The notes beneath the pieces were generated by a model. That model was not told the DNA's origin. It was given only the letters and a program-made list of their open reading frames with translations, and ran no database searches. A stretch of DNA of 64,000 nucleotides from a virus (lineage: Duplodnaviria > Heunggongvirae > Uroviricota > Caudoviricetes): positions 1 to 64,000 of the IMG/VR virus record IMGVR_UViG_3300010347_002503. One strand, 5' to 3'. The position numbers and the translations under genes were made by a program. Below are positions 1 to 7,130 of the stretch, piece after piece. Position 1 is the first letter of the stretch, and the number at the start of each line of letters is the position of its first letter.

Positions 1-286
1 ATTAACCCGTGCCATCGCTGAACTACAAGCTGAATCCGTATCGTTTGTTGTCATCAAGTACTTTAATCTCCCAGTTCAACATCAAGCAACATATTTGGCG
101 TTGTGGAAAGCCAACAAGGACGCCATTCGAGAAAATCTGACAACCATCAAAAAATGTGCTGATTTCATTATCGGTGAAATAGAAAAAATCAATGCAGCCA
201 AAGCTAAACAGGCTCCACAAACACCTGTAGCTGAACAACTTTTTGAGTGTGTTGGACAGCATACTTTCAGATTAAGAAAAGCTTGA
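1..286 (+). CDS. hypothetical protein (5' partial; ORF open to window start, alternative ATG at 95)
   Basis: Frame-2 ORF has no stop from position 2 to 286; its translation continues upstream of the window. Confidence 0.35.
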   Translation, partial: LTRAIAELQAESVSFVVIKYFNLPVQHQATYLALWKANKDAIRENLTTIKKCADFIIGEIEKINAAKAKQAPQTPVAEQLFECVGQHTFRLRKA

Positions 287-317
287 CACTTGTTTTATTT
301 CGTGGTAAGCTTTACCC

Positions 318-578
318 ATGAAAAAAATATGGGGCTTTGCCTTATTGTCGTTTTTGACAGGATGTCGTCCTCCACAGCCATCCATTCCCGAGACCGTAAC
401 CGATATTAATGGTTACGTGTATCGCTTAATATCTCCAGAAAAGTCTCTTGGAAACGGTATGGTTCAAGTAGAACTATGGGAAAGAATAGAGCCGTTGGAA
501 ACTAATCATTACTACACGCCAACGTTGGGTTCTAAAATTAATGGCGGCACGCCTATATTTATCTCACTTTCAAGGTAA
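318..578 (+). CDS. putative lipoprotein
   Basis: N-terminus MKKIWGFALLSFLTGC has a signal peptide plus lipobox (LTGC). Confidence 0.5.
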   Translation: MKKIWGFALLSFLTGCRPPQPSIPETVTDINGYVYRLISPEKSLGNGMVQVELWERIEPLETNHYYTPTLGSKINGGTPIFISLSR

Positions 579-580
579 TT

Positions 581-853
581 ATGGCTGGAGTTTGTAGCAG
601 GCATTTTCATGACGAGCCGGATTGTCCAATTTGCAAGTCAACCCCGGCTACTGTTCTCGGTGTAACCGAAGATGAGTTTGAAGAAAAATGTTGTCAATCA
701 AAAGCGGCTGGACTTCACAAATGCGAAAAATGTGGATTCGAATATTACAAAGTAAGTCTGACCACTAAAATCATATGCCCGAAGTGTTCCCATCCTCTTC
801 CAAAGTCTTTGTATCCACAGGACGGTGGCACTACTACAACCACTGGCTCATAG
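581..853 (+). CDS. Zn-ribbon protein (four CxxC pairs)
   Basis: CPIC...CEKC...CPKC motifs; tightly packed after the upstream gene. Confidence 0.5.
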   Translation: MAGVCSRHFHDEPDCPICKSTPATVLGVTEDEFEEKCCQSKAAGLHKCEKCGFEYYKVSLTTKIICPKCSHPLPKSLYPQDGGTTTTTGS

Positions 854-1173
854 TGGACTGCTGTGAAGAATTAGCTCGGTATTATCGCTCGTTAGTCCAT
901 GCTTATTCCCCATCAATTAATTTACAAATCCCAATGCACGGTTCTCATATTACCGTCATTGCAGGAAAATATGAACCCAACCACGATGAACGATTCTGGA
1001 GGAAATATGATGGACAGCCTGTCCAGTTCAGTTATTCCCCAGAGATTGAATCGGACGGTTGTTATTTCTGGCTTCCGGTTTATTGTCGAGACTTTGAAAA
1101 AGTACGAATTGAACTTGGTCTCAATCCCACAACACCAATACCTTGGCACCTTACAATAGGCAACCTAAAATAA
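853..1173 (+). CDS. hypothetical protein (start uncertain: GTG 853 overlapping the upstream stop, or ATG 934; long ORF from 775)
   Basis: Six-frame ORF 775..1173; TAGTG stop/start overlap is consistent with translational coupling. Confidence 0.35.
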   Translation: MDCCEELARYYRSLVHAYSPSINLQIPMHGSHITVIAGKYEPNHDERFWRKYDGQPVQFSYSPEIESDGCYFWLPVYCRDFEKVRIELGLNPTTPIPWHLTIGNLK

Positions 1174-1178
1174 TCAGC

Positions 1179-1206
1179 TTGACTTTTTCAGAAGAATCAA
1201 TACAGT
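1179..1206 (+). promoter_or_regulatory. sigma70-like early promoter TTGACT-N16-TACAGT
   Basis: -35 TTGACTTTTT and -10 TACAGT with a 16-nt spacer, about 25 nt upstream of ATG 1230. Confidence 0.45.
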
Positions 1207-1229
1207 AAGTGGAAACATCGGATACAGTT

Positions 1230-1472
1230 ATGCAAAAATCAAAAACGTTTATTTATTACGCAGGGTGGTCTATCTTTTGGATCATTGTTCTTGCGGGTGC
1301 AATTTGGTTTTCAGTTGAAACCAAAACGTTTCGCTTTACTGCTCCCATTATGTTCATCACTTTCATCGGGTATGCATTCTACGTAATGCTAAAAACCAAA
1401 CCCGAACTTTCTACCAAACACAATCTCGATGATCATTGTGATGAGAAATGTGATTGTAAGGAAGCGAAGTAA
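1230..1472 (+). CDS. small membrane protein (2 TM)
   Basis: Hydrophobic helices FIYYAGWSIFWIIVLAGAIWF and IMFITFIGYAFYVML; Cys-rich tail. Confidence 0.45.
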   Translation: MQKSKTFIYYAGWSIFWIIVLAGAIWFSVETKTFRFTAPIMFITFIGYAFYVMLKTKPELSTKHNLDDHCDEKCDCKEAK

Positions 1473-1553
1473 TTTCCAAACTTGGAAACTAAGAAAAAGT
1501 AGGAAACGTCGGAATAGTTAACTAAAATCACAAATACAAACACAAACACAGTT

Positions 1554-2747
1554 ATGACAGAATCAAATAGTATCGTTCGAACAATCAAACTTATAATGCT
1601 AGGCATCGTTGCTATTATTGGATTGATTGTGTTATTCACAATGGTTAAGTTCACCACCGTCAAAGGAAATGAATACGGTATTCTTGAAACATGGACTGAT
1701 GGTGTCATTAATCAAGTCTATCCTCCGAAAACCCATATTTTGTTTCCCGGTTTCATGAAACAAATGTACATTTATGATGGTGCTTCTCAAGTGTTCGTTA
1801 TGAATGACAAGACGGAGGAAGCAGGAGAAAAGGGAATCGGGCGTGATGCCGATGCATATCTCGTACAGTCTCAGGAAGGTCAGGACATGAAGATTTCCTT
1901 GAATCTTCGGTGGCGTATTGATCCCACGAAATTGGTTGAGATTCATAAGACTGTTCGCAACAATATTGAGGACAAAATCATTCGTCCAGTAGTGATGCGG
2001 GTCGTCAAGGACAAGGCCACCAAGATGAAAGCTATTGATGCTTATAGCGGTGAAGGTCTGGTTCGTCTGCAACAAGAGATTCAAGATGCCCTCTCAGGTG
2101 CAGATAAAAATGAGACCGACGAACTAGCCGAACGTGGTGTGATTGTCGAGAATTTCGTTATCGAACATATTGAGTTAGATCCTAACTATATCGCTGAAAT
2201 CAAAAAGAAGCAAATTGCTACGCAACAACAATTACGAGCCGTTGAAGAGGAAAAGGCAGCGATTGCCGAAGCACTCGTTGCTAAAGCAAGGGCGCAAGCA
2301 GACTTGAACACTCAAGTTGTCGGTGCCGAACGTGATGCCAAGATTATGGTTCTCCGTGCTCAAGCAGAAAACGAGAAAGTGGTAATTGCGGCCAAGGCAG
2401 CAGCAGAACAAGTTCGTATAGCCGCCGAAGCCATGAAAGAGCAAAAAGCTCTTGAGGGAGAGGGTGAAAAGTTGAAAATGATTGCCGAAGCAGAAGGTAC
2501 TCTCGCCAAGGGTAAGGCAGAAGCGGCTGCGAAGCAGTTGATGCTCGACTCTTATAAATCAGCGGGACCGGACGCTTTCGTGAAAGTAGAAATTGCAAAG
2601 GCATTATCCGAGGGAACTAAAGGTATTCAAGGGTATCTTCCCAACAACTTCAATCCAACTGTTATCTCGGGTAACTTTATGGATGCTATCATGACAATCC
2701 TGAAACCAACTCCTTCTCAAGTTGGTAATACAGAAACGGTGAAGTGA
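1554..2747 (+). CDS. SPFH/band-7 (prohibitin/flotillin-like) membrane protein
   Basis: N-terminal TM helix, then a band-7 core and a long Ala/Glu/Lys-rich coiled-coil (AEAMKEQKALEGEGEKLKMIAEAEG), typical of the HflK/C-flotillin family. Confidence 0.65.
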   Translation: MTESNSIVRTIKLIMLGIVAIIGLIVLFTMVKFTTVKGNEYGILETWTDGVINQVYPPKTHILFPGFMKQMYIYDGASQVFVMNDKTEEAGEKGIGRDADAYLVQSQEGQDMKISLNLRWRIDPTKLVEIHKTVRNNIEDKIIRPVVMRVVKDKATKMKAIDAYSGEGLVRLQQEIQDALSGADKNETDELAERGVIVENFVIEHIELDPNYIAEIKKKQIATQQQLRAVEEEKAAIAEALVAKARAQADLNTQVVGAERDAKIMVLRAQAENEKVVIAAKAAAEQVRIAAEAMKEQKALEGEGEKLKMIAEAEGTLAKGKAEAAAKQLMLDSYKSAGPDAFVKVEIAKALSEGTKGIQGYLPNNFNPTVISGNFMDAIMTILKPTPSQVGNTETVK

Positions 2748-2771
2748 ACTATCTCTGTTGATTTTGTTCAG

Positions 2772-2806
2772 CGGGGTCTGGGAAACCAGACCCCGACTTT
2801 CTTTAT
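2772..2806 (+). terminator. rho-independent terminator
   Basis: CGGGGTCTGG-GAAA-CCAGACCCCG hairpin followed by CTTTCTTTAT. Confidence 0.6.
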
Positions 2807-3721
2807 ATGAAATACTTTTTCCTTTCCATTCTTTTCGTTTGCAATCTTTGCAATGCCCAACCGTGGAGTTTTGTTGCCATGGGAGATACTCGTGGAACAA
2901 GTTCTTCTGACCCTCTAAACGAATCCATTATGTCAGAAATAGCAAACGAAATCGTTCGTCAACAAGCCGAGTTCGTCATTGTTGTTGGTGACTTGGCATA
3001 TTCAGGGTCATATACTTGGTTCAGTAATTGGAAAACCGTTATGGCTCCAGTTTATCAAGCAGGAATTCCCGTTTTTCCCGTGTTGGGAAATCACGATGTT
3101 AATGATATTACTTCCTACCTCTCTCTTTTCAAAAACGATCTTCCAACAAATGGACCCGCAGGGGAAACATATCGAACATTCGCATATTATCACAAAAATG
3201 TTCTCATGATTGGAATGGACAATTATGTAACTCCCGCACGAGTTAACCAGACATGGTTGAATCAGGTATTAGCCCAAAATAAACTTCCACACGTTTTCGT
3301 TTATGCTCACCAACCCGCATTCAAAGCAAATCACACCGATTGTATGGATGATTATCCTGCTAATCGGGATGTATTTTGGACGAGCTTGATAAACAGTGGT
3401 TGTAAAATTTATCTCTGTGGACATGACCATTTCTATGATCGTCTTAAAGCGGGAGGAATTTATCAAATGATTGTTGGAAATGGAGGAGCACCCATAAATT
3501 CATCATATTCGTATAATGGAAATAATTCGTCTTGGAATCCTGTGAACCAATATCATGCTGCTCAATACGGTTATATATTGGTTACTATTGATGGATACAA
3601 AGTTACGGTTTCAATGTTTGAAAGAGTGGGTGCAGGAATTTACACAGAAAAAGACAAGTGGAGTTATTTGGTCCCAGACCCCCATCCATTTCCTCCTCAA
3701 AATATGAGGACTTCAAAATAG
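2807..3721 (+). CDS. secreted calcineurin-like metallophosphoesterase
   Basis: Signal peptide; phosphoesterase motifs GDxxY (VVGDLAY), GNHD (VLGNHD) and GHDH (CGHDHFY). Confidence 0.75.
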   Translation: MKYFFLSILFVCNLCNAQPWSFVAMGDTRGTSSSDPLNESIMSEIANEIVRQQAEFVIVVGDLAYSGSYTWFSNWKTVMAPVYQAGIPVFPVLGNHDVNDITSYLSLFKNDLPTNGPAGETYRTFAYYHKNVLMIGMDNYVTPARVNQTWLNQVLAQNKLPHVFVYAHQPAFKANHTDCMDDYPANRDVFWTSLINSGCKIYLCGHDHFYDRLKAGGIYQMIVGNGGAPINSSYSYNGNNSSWNPVNQYHAAQYGYILVTIDGYKVTVSMFERVGAGIYTEKDKWSYLVPDPHPFPPQNMRTSK

Positions 3722-3734
3722 TTTTACTTTGTTG

Positions 3735-3762
3735 TTGACTTTTTCCGAAAAACTAGTATAGT
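3735..3762 (+). promoter_or_regulatory. sigma70-like early promoter TTGACT-N16-TATAGT
   Basis: TTGACTTTTTCCGAAAAACTAGTATAGT. Confidence 0.5.
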
Positions 3763-3839
3763 ATTCCATGTTGAAAGTAAGAAAGGATTCAACACATCGA
3801 CCTTGGCAACGAAAAAGTTGCGAAAAAGTGAGAAAGATG

Positions 3840-3867
3840 TTGACATTTTTCTGAAATCGTGTATAGT
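3840..3867 (+). promoter_or_regulatory. sigma70-like early promoter TTGACA-N16-TATAGT
   Basis: TTGACATTTTTCTGAAATCGTGTATAGT; second tandem promoter. Confidence 0.5.
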
Positions 3868-3873
3868 TATAGG

Positions 3874-4060
3874 CATAGGGTGAGAGTATCACCTAACAAA
3901 AGAAAATGAAACAATCAAAACAACATTGGTTTAAGTCAGCGGGCGAGCAAAGCCTTAATGGAAGTGCTTTGTATATTGATAATCGCCCAGAAAGGATCGG
4001 CTTCTGAGGTAAACCGTACATAGAAACCTCGAAGCCGACCAGAAAAAGGTCGGCTTTTTG
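3874..4060 (+). ncRNA. candidate small RNA / micro-ORF transcript (promoter-to-terminator unit without a long ORF)
   Basis: Bounded by promoter 3840-3867 and terminator 4031-4062; contains only a 33-codon ORF (3906..4007) with no SD. Confidence 0.3.
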
Positions 4061-4062
4061 TT
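4031..4062 (+). terminator. rho-independent terminator
   Basis: GCCGACC-AGAAAAA-GGTCGGC followed by TTTTTGTT. Confidence 0.65.
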
Positions 4063-4276
4063 GGAAAAATTTCAGAGATAGAGTTGGGTTTAAGCAAACT
4101 CCATCGGCCCTTTAAAAGGTCTGCTTTCCCAAGAGTGACAAAAAAGGTGATTGGTCAGTGGGTGTTATGACTGGAATAGTGCAGAACCCAACTGGCGATA
4201 AAGTAACTCTATGGATTACATGTGTATGGTGTCATCAATCGTATCACCGATGCAATACTCCGATAGAAAAGAAATA

Positions 4277-4353
4277 CGGAGTGTAATGTCAATTGGGAGA
4301 CGGCCTGATCTGGAGTCAGGAGGTTGGCGGTTCGAATCCGCCCATTCCGACCA
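4277..4353 (+). tRNA. tRNA-Pro(UGG)-like (weak D-arm, C33; possible degenerate paralog of the tRNA at 18244)
   Basis: Acceptor CGGAGTG/CATTCCG, T-arm GGCGG-TTCGAAT-CCGCC, encoded CCA; anticodon loop TCTGGAG. Confidence 0.5.
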
Positions 4354-4361
4354 TTTTGAAT

Positions 4362-4436
4362 GCACCGCTGGTGAAATGGATATCACGTTGCTCTACGGAA
4401 GCAAAATTCGGGGTTCAAATCCTCGGTGGTGTACCA
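4362..4436 (+). tRNA. tRNA-Arg(ACG)
   Basis: Full cloverleaf; anticodon arm TTGCT-CTACGGA-AGCAA; T-loop TTCAAAT; CCA encoded. Confidence 0.75.
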
Positions 4437-4598
4437 ATTTTGTTTGCCTGAAAAAGTATAGTATAGACGTGAGCAAGTAAAACATAAGAACTACCCAATC
4501 CGTATGTTCCGAATAGCATACTCCTTGACGCAATCTGAAAAGATTCCCTCTTGAGCTACGGCTTACAGAAATTCGGACAGGAACAAACAAATCTCTTT

Positions 4599-4685
4599 GG
4601 GCATGTCGCATAGTGGCTATTGCACGGGACTGTAAATCCTGCGTCTTTCGGGACTTCGGAGGTTCGAGTCCTCCCATGCCCACCA
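4599..4685 (+). tRNA. tRNA-Tyr(GUA), long variable arm
   Basis: GACTGTAAATC anticodon loop; variable-arm hairpin; T-loop TTCGAGT; CCA. Confidence 0.85.
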
Positions 4686-4707
4686 CTTTAGTCAATTACA
4701 AATGAAT

Positions 4708-4783
4708 AGGCGGGGTGCTTGGGCACGGGCAGGTCTCCAAAACCAGCTACGGGATAAGGGTTCGAATCCCCCACCGCCTGCCA
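4708..4783 (+). tRNA. tRNA-Trp(CCA)? (imperfect anticodon and T stems)
   Basis: Acceptor AGGCGGG/ACCGCCT, T-loop TTCGAAT, anticodon loop CTCCAAA, CCA. Confidence 0.4.
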
Positions 4784-4784
4784 T

Positions 4785-4860
4785 CCCAACCAAACTAATC
4801 TAGTGAAAGTGGCAGACTGAAAATCTGCAAAGCTCGGGGCAGAACCGAGGGTTGGGACCA
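4785..4860 (+). tRNA. tRNA-Phe(GAA), non-canonical (D-loop without GG, T-loop GGCAGAA)
   Basis: Acceptor CCCAACC/GGTTGGG 7 bp, perfect anticodon arm GCAGA-CTGAAAA-TCTGC, T-stem CTCGG/CCGAG, CCA. Confidence 0.45.
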
Positions 4861-4911
4861 TTTTCAACCCGAAAGTGTAAATCTTACGTTTGCCAAGTGA
4901 AAGACTTTTAT

Positions 4912-4985
4912 TGGCGATTGGTGTAATGGTAGCACACGGGTCTCTGAAACCTTTGGTGAAGGTTCGACTCCTTCATCGCTAGCCA
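4912..4985 (+). tRNA. tRNA-Gln(CUG)
   Basis: Acceptor TGGCGAT/ATCGCTA, D GTGT-AATGGTA-GCAC, loop CTCTGAA, T GAAGG-TTCGACT-CCTTC, CCA. Confidence 0.55.
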
Positions 4986-4992
4986 ATTTTAT

Positions 4993-5068
4993 TGTGGTGT
5001 AGTGTTAATTGGTAGCACGTCTGACTGTTACTCAGATAGTTCTGGTTCGAGTCCAGAGACCACAGCCA
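4993..5068 (+). tRNA. tRNA-Asn(GUU)
   Basis: Anticodon arm TCTGA-CTGTTAC-TCAGA; T-loop TTCGAGT; CCA. Confidence 0.7.
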
Positions 5069-5073
5069 TTTCA

Positions 5074-5150
5074 TTCCAGTGTAGCTCGAACGGTAGAGCG
5101 AGATGCTGTTAACATCAGGGTTGATGGTTCGAATCCATCCACTGGAGCCA
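5074..5150 (+). tRNA. tRNA-Asn(GUU) (second copy)
   Basis: Perfect acceptor TCCAGTG/CACTGGA; loop CTGTTAA; T GATGG-TTCGAAT-CCATC; CCA. Confidence 0.75.
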
Positions 5151-5199
5151 ATTTCAACCCGTCTGAAAGCAGGTAAGAACCCATAAACGAAAACTTTCT

Positions 5200-5285
5200 G
5201 CACACGTAGTCCCCTCTCGCTTCGAACGAGTTGATGCGGTAATTGGAAACTGAAACTGCGGGTTCGAATCCTGCCGTGTGTACCA
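5200..5285 (+). tRNA. atypical tRNA, 86 nt, probable Arg(UCG); D region only ~6 nt, with a 26-nt insert between the anticodon arm and the T-arm
   Basis: Perfect acceptor GCACACG/CGTGTGT, T-arm GCGGG-TTCGAAT-CCTGC, CCA; anticodon-like arm CTCG-CTTCGAA-CGAG. Confidence 0.4.
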
Positions 5286-5293
5286 CTTTTAAT

Positions 5294-5371
5294 GGCCTCG
5301 TCGTCTAGCTCAGGTTAGGACACTGCCCTCTCAAGGCGGAAAGTCGGGTTCGAATCCCGGTGAGGCTACCA
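5294..5371 (+). tRNA. tRNA-Glu(CUC)
   Basis: Anticodon arm CTGCC-CTCTCAA-GGCGG; T-loop TTCGAAT; CCA. Confidence 0.7.
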
Positions 5372-5434
5372 ATTTTTGGATTGTTTTCAGTATGGTTGGA
5401 CTATTTATAGGTTGAACTGTAATCAAAAACCTAT

Positions 5435-5932
5435 ATGTATATCATCACACCTTACGATCCATACGCTCCCAAGAAAAAGAAAACTTGGCAGGAGGAACTA
5501 TGGGAACAGCAACAAATTGCTGAAACCGAAGCTAAAATGTTGGCCGAAGCGGCTAGCAAAACACTTCCTCCAAATGCACCCGAAACTTCGGTTGCCACAG
5601 CAGGACCAATGGTGAATGCAATGGCAGGTGGTGGAGGTCAAGCAAGACCAGCATTTTATCAAAGAAACGATCTTTTGGTTGCTGGATTTACGTTTACTTC
5701 ATCGTCCAAAACTGCTCCTGCGAATATTACTTTCGTCAACACCTCCACTAATGGCGGTCCCGGTACTATGACTTATTTTTGGGATTTAGGTTCCGGAAGT
5801 TTGACTTCCACGGCAACAACTCCTCCGGTTCAAGCATATACGGTAGCAGGAACATACACCGTTACTTTGACAGTTACGGAGAATATGTATGGAACCACCA
5901 AGGTTACTATTGGAACATTTACTTTGGGATAA
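5435..5932 (+). CDS. PKD-domain protein
   Basis: C-terminal YFWDLGSGS...YTVAGTYTVTLTV matches the PKD consensus (Y.WDFGDG...Y...G.Y.V.L.V). Confidence 0.55.
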   Translation: MYIITPYDPYAPKKKKTWQEELWEQQQIAETEAKMLAEAASKTLPPNAPETSVATAGPMVNAMAGGGGQARPAFYQRNDLLVAGFTFTSSSKTAPANITFVNTSTNGGPGTMTYFWDLGSGSLTSTATTPPVQAYTVAGTYTVTLTVTENMYGTTKVTIGTFTLG

Positions 5933-5962
5933 TAGGAACAATTTTTACAGAAGATCACGAAA

Positions 5963-5990
5963 GGGGCGTCAAAAGACGCCTTTTTCTTTT
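5963..5990 (+). terminator. rho-independent terminator
   Basis: GGCGTC-AAAA-GACGCC followed by TTTTTCTTTT. Confidence 0.65.
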
Positions 5991-5998
5991 CTGTGTAT

Positions 5999-6074
5999 GG
6001 TGATAGTGGTGTAATAGTTAGCATTCCAGTTTGTGAAGCTGGCGGTGCGGGAGCATAACCCGTCTATCACCCCA
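5999..6074 (+). tRNA. tRNA-His(GUG) with G-1; non-canonical T-loop AGCATAA and D-loop without GG
   Basis: G-1 plus acceptor GTGATAG/CTATCAC, loop TTGTGAA, T GCGGG-AGCATAA-CCCGT, CCA. Confidence 0.65.
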
Positions 6075-6082
6075 ATTTTAAT

Positions 6083-6167
6083 GTCACTGTGATGGAATCG
6101 GCAGACATGGTTGCCTCAGAAGCAGCCGCCGAAAGGCGTGGGGGTTCAAATTCCCCCAGTGACACCA
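6083..6167 (+). tRNA. tRNA-Leu(CAG), class II
   Basis: D-arm TGGAATCGGCAGACA resembles the E. coli Leu D-arm; loop CTCAGAA; variable hairpin CGCC-GAAA-GGCG; TTCAAAT; CCA. Confidence 0.8.
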
Positions 6168-6177
6168 TTTTTCAAAT

Positions 6178-6259
6178 GCCAACGTGAGCCGAGTGGTTGA
6201 AGGCCCCTGTTTTGTAAACAGGAAAATCATCGTGGGTTCGAATCCCACCGTTGGCTCCA
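6178..6259 (+). tRNA. tRNA-Thr(UGU) (9-nt variable region)
   Basis: Acceptor GCCAACG/CGTTGGC; arm CCTGT-TTTGTAA-ACAGG; T GTGGG-TTCGAAT-CCCAC; CCA. Confidence 0.6.
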
Positions 6260-6468
6260 ATTTCTTAACAATCCTGAGAAGGCAATCTACTATGGTGTAT
6301 GTAGGAGCACAACAGCATGTAAGCTGGAAGAATCGGTGCAAGTCCGAATGATTGATGTAGTATCTTGATTGTAAAGATCTTGATAGACGGTGTGTACAGC
6401 CGGAACTTTAAGTGAAATCCAGAAACGTTTTTAGAAGCATCAAAAGGATCAGTAAACATGATCTTTAT

Positions 6469-6542
6469 GCCGAGTTGATGTAAGAGTAGCCTGCAAGTTT
6501 CGTAAACTTGATGCGTCGGAGCGTTACCGACACTCGGCTCCA
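6469..6542 (+). tRNA. tRNA-Thr(CGU), non-canonical T-loop AGCGTTA
   Basis: Perfect acceptor GCCGAGT/ACTCGGC; arm CAAGT-TTCGTAA-ACTTG; T GTCGG-AGCGTTA-CCGAC; CCA. Confidence 0.6.
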
Positions 6543-6592
6543 TTTGCCATATTATTGCTGCCCATTAACAATTCACAATCGTAAGAGTATTT

Positions 6593-6667
6593 GTCCCGGT
6601 ACCCAACTAGTGAAGGGGCCAGTCTGCAAAACTGGTATGGATGGAGCGTAACCATCACGGGACTCCA
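6593..6667 (+). tRNA. tRNA-Cys(GCA), non-canonical T-loop AGCGTAA
   Basis: Arm CCAGT-CTGCAAA-ACTGG; T GATGG-AGCGTAA-CCATC; CCA. Confidence 0.6.
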
Positions 6668-6721
6668 ATTTTAGAATAGTTCATCGTTTAGTAAGTCTTC
6701 TAAATATGATTTCGTCATAAA

Positions 6722-6796
6722 GGGATGGTCATCTAGCGGCTAGGATATCGCACTGTCACTGCGACAACGGGGGTTCGATTCCCCTCCATCCCGCCA
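6722..6796 (+). tRNA. tRNA-Asp(GUC)
   Basis: Perfect acceptor GGGATGG/CCATCCC; arm TCGCA-CTGTCAC-TGCGA; TTCGATT; CCA. Confidence 0.8.
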
Positions 6797-6798
6797 AT

Positions 6799-6873
6799 CA
6801 GGGTGTAGTGTAGCGGTAACACGCTCGGTTCGGGGCCGAGAGAACATGAGTTCGAATCTCATCATCCTGACCA
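6799..6873 (+). tRNA. tRNA-Pro(CGG)
   Basis: Acceptor CAGGGTG/CATCCTG; arm CTCGG-TTCGGGG-CCGAG; TTCGAAT; CCA. Confidence 0.8.
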
Positions 6874-6938
6874 ATTTCTCCCTTGTGCAAGGCAAGGGAT
6901 TGGGTGCATCAGCAAACCTCGCTGATTACCCTCTTCAC

Positions 6939-7017
6939 GTCGGTATGGTGTAATTGGCTAACACATCGCACTTTCACTGCGAAGACATGGTGGGTTCAAA
7001 TCCCCCTACCGATACCA
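6939..7017 (+). tRNA. tRNA-Glu(UUC)
   Basis: D GTGT-AATTGGCTA-ACAC; arm TCGCA-CTTTCAC-TGCGA; TTCAAAT; CCA. Confidence 0.7.
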
Positions 7018-7024
7018 GTTTTAT

Positions 7025-7110
7025 TGATCCGTGGTGTAATTGGTAACACGCCTGACTTTGACTCAGGAGACAGTTTGTTTATGTAGGTTCGACTCCTACC
7101 GGATCAGCCA
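7025..7110 (+). tRNA. tRNA-Gln(UUG) with an anomalous 15-nt unpaired variable region
   Basis: Perfect acceptor TGATCCG/CGGATCA, canonical D-arm, arm CCTGA-CTTTGAC-TCAGG, then AGACAGTTTGTTTAT before the T-arm GTAGG-TTCGACT-CCTAC; CCA. Confidence 0.6.
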
Positions 7111-7130
7111 TTTTTTGACTATTTATAGTC

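Noticed and set aside
775-852. Upstream 26 codons of ORF 775..1173 overlapping the end of the Zn-ribbon gene.
   Set aside because: It overlaps the upstream gene in another frame. A GTG start at 853 coupled to the upstream TAG (or ATG 934) is more plausible.
4211-4480. Plus-strand ORFs overlapping tRNAs (4211..4480, 10248..10448, 18261..18488, 19837..20166, 21813..22037).
   Set aside because: They run straight through well-formed tRNA genes. Only short tRNA-free segments remain, e.g. GTG 20008..20166, a 52-aa Cys-containing ORF of doubtful status.
6260-6468. Possible extra tRNA between Thr(UGU) and Thr(CGU), with a TCGG-TGCAAGT-CCGA T-arm-like hairpin.
   Set aside because: No acceptor pairing or anticodon arm could be assembled, so it is reported only as a gap worth covariance scanning.
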